64,000 bases of DNA, from positions 88,102,001 through 88,166,000 of the forward strand of contig OZ024740.1 in NCBI GenBank assembly GCA_964016885.1. Direction: 5' to 3'. The notes below the pieces were generated by a model. That model saw only the letters and a list, made by a program, of their open reading frames with translations, had not been told where the DNA came from and did not search any database. Each line of letters begins with the position of its first letter. Positions within the stretch are counted from its first letter, which is position 1. The stretch comes from Eledone cirrhosa (Eukaryota). Positions 40,501 through 55,500 of the stretch are shown piece by piece. A program made the translations under genes and the position numbers.

Positions 40501-43500
40501 CAGTGTCAATAACACCAGTAATACAATGACATGTTGTGATAGAAGTATGACAGTAACAACAACACTCACACAGCAACATGCTGTGGTAGAAATAACGGTG
40601 TCAGTAACACCAGTAATACAATGATATGTTGTGGTAGAAGTATGACAGTAACAGCAACAACACTGACACAGCAACATGTTGTGGTAGAGATAACAGTGTC
40701 AGTAACACCAGTAATACAATGACATGTTGTGGTAGAAGTATGACAGTAACAACAACAACACTGACACAGCAACATGTGGTAGAGATTACAGTGTCAGTAA
40801 CACCAGTAATACAATGACATGTTGTGGTAGAAGTATGAGAGTAACAACAACAACACTGACACAGCAACATGTTGTGGTAGAGATAACAGTGTCCGTAACA
40901 CCAGTAATACAATGACATGTTGTGGTAGAAGTATGACAGTAACAACAACAACACTGACACAGCAACATGTCGTGGTAGAGATTACAGTGTCAGTAACACC
41001 AGTAATACAATGACATGTTTAACACCAGTAATACAATGACATGTTGTGGTAGAAGTATGACAGTAACAGCAACAACACTGACACAGCAACATGTTGTGGT
41101 AGAGATAACGGTGTCAGTAACACCAGTAATACAATGACATGTTGTGGTAGAAGTATGACAGTAACAACAACAATACTGACACAGCAACATGCTGTGGTAG
41201 AAGTATGACAGTAACAACAACACTGACACAGCAACATGCTGTGGTAGAGATAATAGTGTCAGTAACACCAGTAATACAATGACATGTTGTGGTAGAAGTA
41301 TGACAGTAACAACAACAACACTGACACAGCAACATGCTGTGATAGAGATTACAGTGTCAGTAACACCAGTAATAGAATGACATGTTGTGGTAGAAGTATG
41401 ACAGTAACAACAACAACCCTGACATAGCAACATGTTGTGGTAGAAATAACAGTGTCAGTAACACCAGTAATACAATGACATGTTGTGATAGAAGTATGAC
41501 AGTAACAACAACAACACTGACACAGCAACATGCTGTGGTAGAGATAACAGTGGCAGTAACACCAGTAATACAATGACATGTTGTGGTAGAAGTATGACAG
41601 TAACAACAACAACACTGACACAGCAACATGTTGTGGTAGAGATTACAGTGTCAGTAACACCAGTAATACAATGACATGTTGTGGTAGAAGTATGACAGTA
41701 ACAACAACAACACTGACACAGCAACATGTGGTAGAGATAACTGTGTCAGTAACACCAGTAATACAATGACATGTTGTGGTAGAAGTATGACAGTAACAAC
41801 AACAACACTGATACAGCAACATGTTGTGGTAGAGATTACAGTGTCAGTAACACCAGTAATACAATGACATGTTGTGGTAGAAGTATGACAGTAACAACAA
41901 CAACACTGACACAGCAACATGTTGTGGTAGAGATTACAGTGTCAGTAACACCAGTAATACAATGACATGTTGTGGTAGAAGTATGACAGTAACAACAACA
42001 ACACTGACACAGCAACATGTCGTTGTAGGGATTACAGTGTCAGTAACACCAGTAATACAATGACATGTTGTGGTAGAAGTATGAGAGTAACAACAACAAC
42101 ACTGACACGGCAACATGTGGTAGAGATAACTGTGTCAGTAACACCAGTAATACAATGACATGTTGTGGTAGAAGTATGACAGTAACAACAACAACACTGA
42201 CACAGCAACATGTCGTGGTAGAGATTACAGTGTCAGTAACACCAGTAATACAATGATATGTTGTGGTAGAAGTATGACAGTAACAACAACAACACTGACA
42301 CAGCAACATGCTGTGGTAGAAATAACGGTGTCAGTAACACCAGTAATACAATGACATGTTGTGGTAGAAGTATGACAGTAACAACAACACTGACACAGCA
42401 ACATGCTGTGGTAGAGATAATAGTGTCAGTAACACCAGTAATACAATGACATGTTGTGGTAGAAGTATGACAGTGACAACAACACTGACACAGCAACAAG
42501 TTGTGGTAGAGATTACAGTGTCAGTAACACCAGTAATGCAATGACATGTTGTGGTAGAAGTATGACAATAACAACAACAACACTGACACAGCAACATGCT
42601 GTGGTAGAGATTACAGTGTCAGTAACACCAGTAATAGAATGACATGTTGTGGTAGAAGTATGACAGTAACAACAACAACCCTGACACAGCAACATGTTGT
42701 GGTAGAAATAACACTGTCAGTAACACCAGTAATACAATGACATGTTGTGGTAGAAGTATGACAGTAACAACAACAACACTGACACAGCAACATGCTGTGG
42801 TAGAGATAACTGTGTAAGTAACACCAGTAATACAATGACATGTTGTGGTAGAAGTATGAGAGTAACAACAACAACACTGACACAGCTACATGCTGTGGTA
42901 GAAATAACAGTGGCAGTAACACCAGTAATACAATGACATGTTGTGGTAGAATTATGACAGTAACAACAACACTGACACAGCAACATGCTGTGGTAGAGAT
43001 AACAGTGTCAGTAACACCAGTAATACAATGACATGTTGTGGTAGAAGTATGACAGTAACAACAACACTGACACAGCAACATGTTGTGGTAGAGATAACGG
43101 TGTCACTAACACCAGTAATACAATGGCATGTTGTGGTAGAAGTATGACAGTAACAACAACACTGACACAGCAACATGTTGTGGTAGAGATAACGGTGTCA
43201 GTAACACCAGTAATACAATGACATGTTGTGGTAGAAGTACGACAGTAACAACAACAACACTGACACAGCAACATGTTGTGGTAGAGATAACAGTGCCAGT
43301 AACACCAGTAATACAATGACATGTTGTGGTAGAAGTATGACAGTAACAACAACAACACTGACACAGCAACATGTTGTGGTAGAGATTACAGTGTCAGTAA
43401 CGCCAGTAATGCAATGATATGTTGCGGTAGATGTATGACAGTATCAACAACAACACTGACACATCAACATGTTGTGGTAGAGATAACAGAGTCAGTAACA

Positions 43501-46500
43501 CCAGTAATACAATGACATGTTGTGGTAGAAGTATGACAGTAACAACAACAGGACTGACACAGCAACATGTTGTGGTAGAGATAACAGTGGCAGTAACACC
43601 AGTAATACAATGACATGTTGTGGTAGAAGTATGAGAGTAACAACAACAACACTGACACAGCAACATGTTGTGGTAGAGATAACAGTATCAGTAACACCAG
43701 TAATACAATGAAATGTTGTGGTAGAAGTATGACAGTAACAACAACAACACTGACACAGCAACATGCTGTGGTAGAGAATCCAGTGTCAGTAACACCAGTA
43801 ATACAATGACATGTTGTGGTAGAAGTATGACAGTAACAACAACAACACTGACACAGCAACATGTGGTAGAGATAACGGTGTCAGTAACACCAGTAATACA
43901 ATGACATGTTGTGGTAGAAGTATGACAGTAACAACAATACTGACACAGCAACATGCTGTGGTAGAGATTACAGTGTCAGTAACACCAGTAATACAATGAC
44001 ATGTTGTGGTAGAAGTATGACAGTAACAACAACAACACTAACACATCAACATGTGGTAGAGATAACGGTGTCAGTAACACCAGTAATACAATGACATGTT
44101 GTGGTAGAAGTATGACAGTAACAACAACACTGACACAGCAACATGTTGTGGTAGAGATAACGGTGTCATTAACACCAGTAATACAATGACATGTTGTGGT
44201 AGAAGTATGACAGTAACAACAACAACACTGGCACAGTAACATGTTGTGGTAGAGATAACAGTGGCAGTAACACCAGTAATGCAATGACATGTTGTGGTAG
44301 AAGTATGAGAGTAACAACAACACTGACACAGCAACATGCTGTGGTAGAGATAACAGTGTCAATAACACCAGTAATACAATGACATGTTGTGATAGAAGTA
44401 TGACAGTAACAACAACACTCACACAGCAACATGCTGTGGTAGAAATAACGGTGTCAGTAACACCAGTAATACAATGATATGTTGTGGTAGAAGTATGACA
44501 GTAACAGCAACAACACTGACACAGCAACATGTTGTGGTAGAGATAACAGTGTCAGTAACACCAGTAATACAATGACATGTTGTGGTAGAAGTATGACAGT
44601 AACAACAACAACACTGACACAGCAACATGTGGTAGAGATTACAGTGTCAGTAACACCAGTAATACAATGACATGTTGTGGTAGAAGTATGAGAGTAACAA
44701 CAACAACACTGACACAGCAACATGTTGTGGTAGAGATAACAGTGTCCGTAACACCAGTAATACAATGACATGTTGTGGTAGAAGTATGACAGTAACAACA
44801 ACAACACTGACACAGCAACATGTCGTGGTAGAGATTACAGTGTCAGTAACACCAGTAATACAATGACATGTTTAACACCAGTAATACAATGACATGTTGT
44901 GGTAGAAGTATGACAGTAACAGCAACAACACTGACACAGCAACATGTTGTGGTAGAGATAACGGTGTCAGTAACACCAGTAATACAATGACATGTTGTGG
45001 TAGAAGTATGACAGTAACAACAACAATACTGACACAGCAACATGCTGTGGTAGAAGTATGACAGTAACAACAACACTGACACAGCAACATGCTGTGGTAG
45101 AGATAATAGTGTCAGTAACACCAGTAATACAATGACATGTTGTGGTAGAAGTATGACAGTAACAACAACAACACTGACACAGCAACATGCTGTGATAGAG
45201 ATTACAGTGTCAGTAACACCAGTAATAGAATGACATGTTGTGGTAGAAGTATGACAGTAACAACAACAACCCTGACATAGCAACATGTTGTGGTAGAAAT
45301 AACAGTGTCAGTAACACCAGTAATACAATGACATGTTGTGATAGAAGTATGACAGTAACAACAACAACACTGACACAGCAACATGCTGTGGTAGAGATAA
45401 CAGTGGCAGTAACACCAGTAATACAATGACATGTTGTGGTAGAAGTATGACAGTAACAACAACAACACTGACACAGCAACATGTTGTGGTAGAGATTACA
45501 GTGTCAGTAACACCAGTAATACAATGACATGTTGTGGTAGAAGTATGACAGTAACAACAACAACACTGACACAACAACATGTTGTGGTAGAGATAACAGT
45601 GTCAGTAACACCAGTAATATAATGACATGTTGTGGTAGAAATCTGACAGTAACAACAACAACACTGACACAGCAACTTGTTGTGGTAGAGATAAAAGTGG
45701 CAGTAACACCAGTAATATAATGACATGTTGTGGTAGAAGTCTGACAGTAACAACAACACTGACACAGCAACATGCTGTGGTAGAGATAACAGTGTCAGTA
45801 ACACCAGTAATACAATGGTATGTTGTGGTAGAAGTATGACAGTAACAACAACAACCCTGACACAGCTACATGCTGTGGTAGAAATAACAGTGGCAGTAAC
45901 ACCAGTAATATAATGACATGTTGTGGTAGAAGTCTGACAGTAACAACAACACTGACACAGCAACATGCTGTGGTAGAGATTACAGTGTCAGTAACACCAG
46001 TAATACAATGACATGTTGTGGTAGAAGTATGACAGTAACAACAACACTGACACAGCAACATGCTGTGGTAGAGATTACAGTGTCAGTAACACCAGTAATA
46101 CAATGACATGTTGTGGTAGAAGTCTGACAGTAACAACAACACTGACACAGCAACATGCTGTGGTAGAGATTACAGTGTCAGTAACACCAGTAATACAGTG
46201 ACATGTTGTGGTAGAATTATGACAGTAACAGCAACACTGACACAGCAACATGTTGTGGTAGAGATAATAGTGTCAGTAACACCAGTAATACAATGACATG
46301 TTGTGGTAGAAGTATGACAGTATCAACAACAACACTGACACATCAACATGTTGTGGTAGAGATAACAGAGTCAGTAACACCAGTAATACAATGACATGTT
46401 GTGGTAGAAGTTTGACAGTAACAACAACAGGACTGACACAGCAACATGTTGTGGTAGAGATAACGGTGTCAGTAACACCAGTAATACAATGACATGTTGT

Positions 46501-49500
46501 GGTAGAAGTATGACAGTAACAACAACAACACTGACACATCAACATGTTGTGGTAGAGATAACAGAGTCAGTAACACCAGTAATACAATGACATGTTGTGG
46601 TATAAGTTTGACAGTAACAACAACAGGACTGACACAGCAACATGTTGTGGTAGAGATAACGGTGTCAGTAACACCAGTAATACAATGACATGTTGTGGTA
46701 GAAGTATGACAGTATCAACAACAACACTGACACATCAACATGTTGTGGTAGAGATTACAGCGTCAGTAACACCAGTAATACAATGACTTGTTTTGGTAGA
46801 AGTATGACAGTAACAACAACAACACTGACACAGCAACATGTTGTGGTAGAGAGAACGGTGTCAGTAACACCAGTAATACAATGACATGTTGTGATAGAAG
46901 TATGACAGTAACAACAACACAGACACAGCAACATGCTGTGGTAGAAATAACAGGGGCAGTAACACCAGTAATACAATGACATGTTGTGGTAGAAGTATGA
47001 CAGTAACAACAACAACACTGACACAGCAACATGTTGTGGTAGAGATAACAGAGTCAGTAACACCAGTAATACAATGACATGTTGTGATAGAAGTATGACA
47101 GTATCAACAACACTGACACAGCAACATGTTGTGGTAGAGATAACAGAGTCAGTAACACCAGTAATACAATGACATGTTGTGGTAGAAGTATGACAGTAAC
47201 AACAACAACACTGACACAGCAACATGTTGTGGTAGAGATAACGGTGTCAGTAACACCAGTAATACAATGACATGTTGTGATAGAAGTATGACAGTAACAA
47301 CAACACAGACACAGCAACATGCTGTGGTAGAAATAACAGGGGCAGTAACACCAGTAATACAATGACATGTTGTGGTAGAAGTATGACAGTAACAACAACA
47401 ACACTGACACAGCAACATGCTGTGGTAAAGATAATAGTGTCAGTAACACCAGTAATACAATGACATGTTGTGGTAGAAGTATGACAGTAACAACAACACT
47501 GACACAGCAACATGTTGTGGTAGAGATAACAGTGTCAGTAACACCAGTAATACAATGACATGTTGTGGTAGAAGTATGACAGTAACAACAACACTGACAC
47601 AGCAACATGTTGTGGTAGAGATAACAGTGTCAGTAACACCAGTAATACAATGACATGTTGTGGTAGAAGTATGACAGTAACAACAACAACACTGACACAG
47701 CAACAGGCTGTGGTAGAGATAATAGTGTCAGTAACACCAGTAATACAATGACATGTTGTGGTAGAAGTATGACAGTAACAACAACACTGACACAGTAACA
47801 TGTTGTGGTAGAGATAACTGTGTCAGTAACACCAGTAATACAATGACATGTTGTGGTAGAAGTCTGACAGTAACAACAACAACACTGACACAGCAACAGG
47901 CTGTGGTAGAGATAACTGTGTCAGTAACACCAGTAATACAATGACATGTTGTGGTAGAAGTATGACAGTAACAACAACAATACTGACACAACAACATGCT
48001 GTAGTAGAAATAACGGTGTCAGTAACACCAGTAATACGATGACATATTGTGGTAGAAGTATGACAGTAACAACAACAACACTGACACAGCAACAGGCTGT
48101 GGTAGAGATAACAGTGTCAGTAACACCAGTAATATAATGACATGTTGTGGTAGAAGTATGACAGTAACAGCAACAACACTGACACAGCAACATGTTGTGG
48201 TAGAGATAACAGTGTCAGTAACACCAGTAATACAATGACATGTTGTGGTAGAAGAATGACAGTAACAACAACAACACTGACACAGCAACATGTGGTAGAG
48301 ATAACTGTGTCAGTAACACCAGTAATACAATGACATGTTGTGGTAGAAGTATGACAGTAACAACAACAACACTGATACAGCAACATGTTGTGGTAGAGAT
48401 TACAGTGTCAGTAACACCAGTAATACAATGACATGTTGTGGTAGAAGTATGACAGTAACAACAACAACACTGACACAGCAACATGTTGTGGTAGAGATTA
48501 CAGTGTCAGTAACACCAGTAATACAATGACATGTTGTGGTAGAAGTATGACAGTAACAACAACAACACTGACACAGCAACATGTCGTTGTAGGGATTACA
48601 GTGTCAGTAACACCAGTAATACAATGACATGTTGTGGTAGAAGTATGACAGTAACAACAACAACACTGACACGGCAACATGTGGTAGAGATAACTGTGTC
48701 AGTAACACCAGTAATACAATGACATGTTGTGGTAGAAGTATGACAGTAACAACAACAACACTGACACAGCAACATGTCGTGGTAGAGATTACAGTGTCAG
48801 TAACACCAGTAATACAATGATATGTTGTGGTAGAAGTATGACAGTAACAACAACAACACTGACACAGCAACATGCTGTGGTAGAAATAACGGTGTCAGTA
48901 ACACCAGTAATACAATGACATGTTGTGGTAGAAGTATGACAGTAACAACAACACTGACACAGCAACATGCTGTGGTAGAGATAATAGTGTCAGTAACACC
49001 AGTAATACAATGACATGTTGTGGTAGAAGTATGACAGTGACAACAACACTGACACAGCAACAAGTTGTGGTAGAGATTACAGTGTCAGTAACACCAGTAA
49101 TGCAATGACATGTTGTGGTAGAAGTATGACAATAACAACAACAACACTGACACAGCAACATGCTGTGGTAGAGATTACAGTGTCAGTAACACCAGTAATA
49201 GAATGACATGTTGTGGTAGAAGTATGACAGTAACAACAACAACCCTGACACAGCAACATGTTGTGGTAGAAATAACACTGTCAGTAACACCAGTAATACA
49301 ATGACATGTTGTGGTAGAAGTATGACAGTAACAACAACAACACTGACACAGCAACATGCTGTGGTAGAGATAACTGTATAAGTAACACCAGTAATACAAT
49401 GACATGTTGTGGTAGAAGTATGAGAGTATCAACAACAACACTGACACAGCTACATGCTGTGGTAGAAATAACAGTGGCAGTAACACCAGTAATACAATGA

Positions 49501-52500
49501 CATGTTGTGGTAGAATTATGACAGTAACAACAACACTGACACAGCAACATGCTGTGGTAGAGATAACAGTGTCAGTAACACCAGTAATACAATGACATGT
49601 TGTGGTAGAAGTATGACAGTAACAACAACACTGACACAGCAACATGTTGTGGTAGAGATAACGGTGTCACTAACACCAGTAATACAATGGCATGTTGTGG
49701 TAGAAGTATGACAGTAACAACAACACTGACACAGCAACATGTTGTGGTAGAGATAACGGTGTCAGTAACACCAGTAATACAATGACATGTTGTGGTAGAA
49801 GTACGACAGTAACAACAACAACACTGACACAGCAACATGTTGTGGTAGAGATAACAGTGCCAGTAACACCAGTAATACAATGACATGTTGTGGTAGAAGT
49901 ATGACAGTAACAACAACAACACTGACACAGCAACATGTTGTGGTAGAGATTACAGTGTCAGTAACGCCAGTAATGCAATGATATGTTGCGGTAGATGTAT
50001 GACAGTATCAACAACAACACTGACACATCAACATGTTGTGGTAGAGATAACAGAGTCAGTAACACCAGTAATACAATGACATGTTGTGGTAGAAGTATGA
50101 CAGTAACAACAACAGGACTGACACAGCAACATGTTGTGGTAGAGATAACAGTGGCAGTAACACCAGTAATACAATGACATGTTGTGGTAGAAGTATGAGA
50201 GTAACAACAACAACACTGACACAGCAACATGTTGTGGTAGAGATAACAGTATCAGTAACACCAGTAATACAATGAAATGTTGTGGTAGAAGTATGACAGT
50301 AACAACAACAACACTGACACAGCAACATGCTGTGGTAGAGAATCCAGTGTCAGTAACACCAGTAATACAATGACATGTTGTGGTAGAAGTATGACAGTAA
50401 CAACAACAACACTGACACAGCAACATGTGGTAGAGATAACGGTGTCAGTAACACCAGTAATACAATGACATGTTGTGGTAGAAGTATGACAGTAACAACA
50501 ATACTGACACAGCAACATGCTGTGGTAGAGATTACAGTGTCAGTAACACCAGTAATACAATGACATGTTGTGGTAGAAGTATGACAGTAACAACAACAAC
50601 ACTAACACATCAACATGTGGTAGAGATAACGGTGTCAGTAACACCAGTAATACAATGACATGTTGTGGTAGAAGTATGACAGTAACAACAACACTGACAC
50701 AGCAACATGTTGTGGTAGAGATAACGGTGTCATTAACACCAGTAATACAATGACATGTTGTGGTAGAAGTATGACAGTAACAACAACAACACTGGCACAG
50801 CAACATGTTGTGGTAGAGATAACAGTGGCAGTAACACCAGTAATGCAATGACATGTTGTGGTAGAAGTATGAGAGTAACAACAACACTGACACAGCAACA
50901 TGCTGTGGTAGAGATAACAGTGTCAATAACACCAGTAATACAATGACATGTTGTGATAGAAGTATGACAGTAACAACAACACTCACACAGCAACATGCTG
51001 TGGTAGAAATAACGGTGTCAGTAACACCAGTAATACAATGATATGTTGTGGTAGAAGTATGACAGTAACAGCAACAACACTGACACAGCAACATGTTGTG
51101 GTAGAGATAACAGTGTCAGTAACACCAGTAATACAATGACATGTTGTGGTAGAAGTATGACAGTAACAACAACAACACTGACACAGCAACATGTGGTAGA
51201 GATTACAGTGTCAGTAACACCAGTAATACAATGACATGTTGTGGTAGAAGTATGACAGTAACAACAACAACACTGACACAGCAACATGTTGTGGTAGAGA
51301 TAACAGTGTCAGTAACACCAGTAATACAATGACATGTTGTGGTAGAAGTATGACAGTAACAACAACAACACTGACACAGCAACATGTCGTGGTAGAGATT
51401 ACAGTGTCAGTAACACCAGTAATACAATGACATGTTTAACACCAGTAATACAATGACATGTTGTGGTAGAAGTATGACAGTAACAGCAACAACACTGACA
51501 CAGCAACATGTTGTGGTAGAGATAACGGTGTCAGTAACACCAGTAATACAATGACATGTTGTGGTAGAAGTATGACAGTAACAACAACAATACTGACACA
51601 GCAACATGCTGTGGTAGAAGTATGACAGTAACAACAACACTGACACAGCAACATGCTGTGGTAGAGATAATAGTGTCAGTAACACCAGTAATACAATGAC
51701 ATGTTGTGGTAGAAGTATGACAGTAACAACAACAACACTGACACAGCAACATGCTGTGATAGAGATTACAGTGTCAGTAACACCAGTAATAGAATGACAT
51801 GTTGTGGTAGAAGTATGACAGTAACAACAACAACCCTGACATAGCAACATGTTGTGGTAGAAATAACAGTGTCAGTAACACCAGTAATACAATGACATGT
51901 TGTGATAGAAGTATGACAGTAACAACAACAACACTGACACAGCAACATGCTGTGGTAGAGATAACAGTGGCAGTAACACCAGTAATACAATGACATGTTG
52001 TGGTAGAAGTATGACAGTAACAACAACAACACTGACACAGCAACATGTTGTGGTAGAGATTACAGTGTCAGTAACACCAGTAATACAATGACATGTTGTG
52101 GTAGAAGTATGACAGTAACAACAACAACACTGACACAACAACATGTTGTGGTAGAGATAACAGTGTCAGTAACACCAGTAATATAATGACATGTTGTGGT
52201 AGAAATCTGACAGTAACAACAACAACACTGACACAGCAACTTGTTGTGGTAGAGATAAAAGTGGCAGTAACACCAGTAATATAATGACATGTTGTGGTAG
52301 AAGTCTGACAGTAACAACAACACTGACACAGCAACATGCTGTGGTAGAGATAACAGTGTCAGTAACACCAGTAATACAATGGTATGTTGTGGTAGAAGTA
52401 TGACAGTAACAACAACAACCCTGACACAGCTACATGCTGTGGTAGAAATAACAGTGGCAGTAACACCAGTAATATAATGACATGTTGTGGTAGAAGTCTG

Positions 52501-55500
52501 ACAGTAACAACAACACTGACACAGCAACATGCTGTGGTAGAGATTACAGTGTCAGTAACACCAGTAATACAATGACATGTTGTGGTAGAAGTATGACAGT
52601 AACAACAACACTGACACAGCAACATGCTGTGGTAGAGATTACAGTGTCAGTAACACCAGTAATACAATGACATGTTGTGGTAGTAGTCTGACAGTAACAA
52701 CAACACTGACACAGCAACATGCTGTGGTAGAGATTACAGTGTCAGTAACACCAGTAATACAGTGACATGTTGTGGTAGAATTATGACAGTAACAGCAACA
52801 CTGACACAGCAACATGTTGTGGTAGAGATAATAGTGTCAGTAACACCAGTAATACAATGACATGTTGTGGTAGAAGTATGACAGTATCAACAACAACACT
52901 GACACATCAACATGTTGTGGTAGAGATAACAGAGTCAGTAACACCAGTAATACAATGACATGTTGTGGTAGAAGTTTGACAGTAACAACAACAGGACTGA
53001 CACAGCAACATGTTGTGGTAGAGATAACGGTGTCAGTAACACCAGTAATACAATGACATGTTGTGGTAGAAGTATGACAGTAACAACAACAACACTGACA
53101 CATCAACATGTTGTGGTAGAGATAACAGAGTCAGTAACACCAGTAATACAATGACATGTTGTGGTATAAGTTTGACAGTAACAACAACAGGACTGACACA
53201 GCAACATGTTGTGGTAGAGATAACGGTGTCAGTAACACCAGTAATACAATGACATGTTGTGGTAGAAGTATGACAGTATCAACAACAACACTGACACATC
53301 AACATGTTGTGGTAGAGATAACAGAGTCAGTAACACCAGTAATACAATGACATGTTGTGGTAGAAGTATGACAGTAACAACAACACTGACACAGCAACAT
53401 GCTGTGGTAGAGATTACAGTGTCAGTAACACCAGTAATACAATGACATGTTGTGGTAGAAGTATGACAGTAACAACAACAACACTGACACAGCAACATGT
53501 GGTAGAGATAACGGTGTCAGTAACACCAGTAATACAATGACATGTTGTGGTAGAAGTATGACAGTAACAACAACACTGACACAGCAACATGCTGTGGTAG
53601 AGATTACAGTGTCAGTAACACCAGTAATACAATGACATGTTGTGGTAGAAGTATGACAGTAACAACAACAACACTGACACAGCAACATGTTGTGGTAGAG
53701 ATAACAGAGTCAGTAGCACCAGTAATACAATGACATGTTGTGGTAGAAGTATGACAGTAACAACAACAACACTGACACAGCAACATGTTGTGGTAGAGAT
53801 TACAGTGTCAGTAACACCAGTAATACAATGACATGTTGTGGTAGAAGTATGACAGTAACAACAACAACACTGACACAGCAACATGTGGTAGAGATAACGG
53901 TGTCAGTAACACCAGTAATACAATGACATGTTGTGGTAGAAGTATGACAGTAACAACAACAACACTGACACAGCAACATGCTGTGGTAGAAATAACGGTG
54001 TCAGTAACACCAGTAATATAATGACATGTTGTGGTAGAAGTATGACAGTAACAACAACACTGACACAGCAACATGCTGTGGTAGAGATAACTGTGTCAGT
54101 AACACCAGTAATACAATGACATGTTGTGGTAGAACTACGACAGTAACAACAACAACACTGACACAGCAACATGTTGTGGTAGAGATTACAGTGTCAGTAA
54201 CACCAGTAATACAATGACATGTTGTGGTAGAAGTATGACAGTATCAACAACAACACTGACACATCAACATGTTGTGGTAGAGATAACAGAGTCAGTAACA
54301 CCAGTAATACAATGACATGTTGTGGTAGAAGTATGACAGTAACAACAACAGGACTGACACAGCAACTTGTGGTAGAGATAACTGTGTCAGTAACACCAGT
54401 AATACAATGACATGTTGTGGTAGAAGTATGACAGTAACAACAACAGGACTGACACAGCAACATGGTGGGGTAGAGATTACAGCGTCACTAACACCAGCAA
54501 TACGATGACATGTTGTGGTAGAAGTATGACAGTAACAACAACAAAACTGACACAGCAACATGCTGTGGTAGAGATTACAGCGTCAGTAACGCCAATAATA
54601 CGATGACATGTTGTGGTAGAAGTATGACAGTAACAACAACAACACTGACACAGCAACATGTTGTGGTAGAGATAACAGTGTCAGTAACACCAGTAATACA
54701 ATGACATGTTGTGGTAGAAGTATGATAGTAACAACAACACTGACACAGCAACATGCTGTGGTAGAGATTACAGTGTCAGTAACACCAGTAATACAATGAC
54801 ATGTTGTGGTAGAAGTATGACAGTAACAACAACAACACTGACACAGCAACATGATGTAGTAGAGATTACAGCGTCAGTAACACCAGTAATACGATGACAT
54901 GTTGTGGTAGAAGTATGACAGTAACAACAACAACACTGACACAGCAACATGTTGTGGTAGAGATAACAGTGTCAGTAACACCAGTAATACAATGACATGT
55001 TGTGGTAGAAGTATGACAATAACAACAACACTGACAGAGCAACATGCTGTGGTAGAGATAACAGTATCAGTAACACCAGTAATACAATGAAATGTTGTGG
55101 TAGAAGTATGACAGTAACAACAACACTGACACAGCAACATGCTGTGGTAGAGATAATAGTGTCAGTAACACCAGTAATACAATGACATGTTGTGGTAGAA
55201 GTATGACAGTAACAACAACAACACTGACACAGCAACATGCTGTGATAGAGATTACAGTGTCAGTAACACCAGTAATAGAATGACATGTTGTGGTAGAAGT
55301 ATGACAGTAACAACAACAACCATGACACAGCAACATGTTGTGGTAGAAATAACAGTGTCAGTAACACCAGTAATACAATGACATGTTGTGATAGAAGTAT
55401 GACAGTAACAACAACAACACTGACACAGCAACATGCTGTGGTAGAGATAACAGTGGCAGTAACACCAGTAATACAATGACATGTTGTGGTAGAAGTATGA

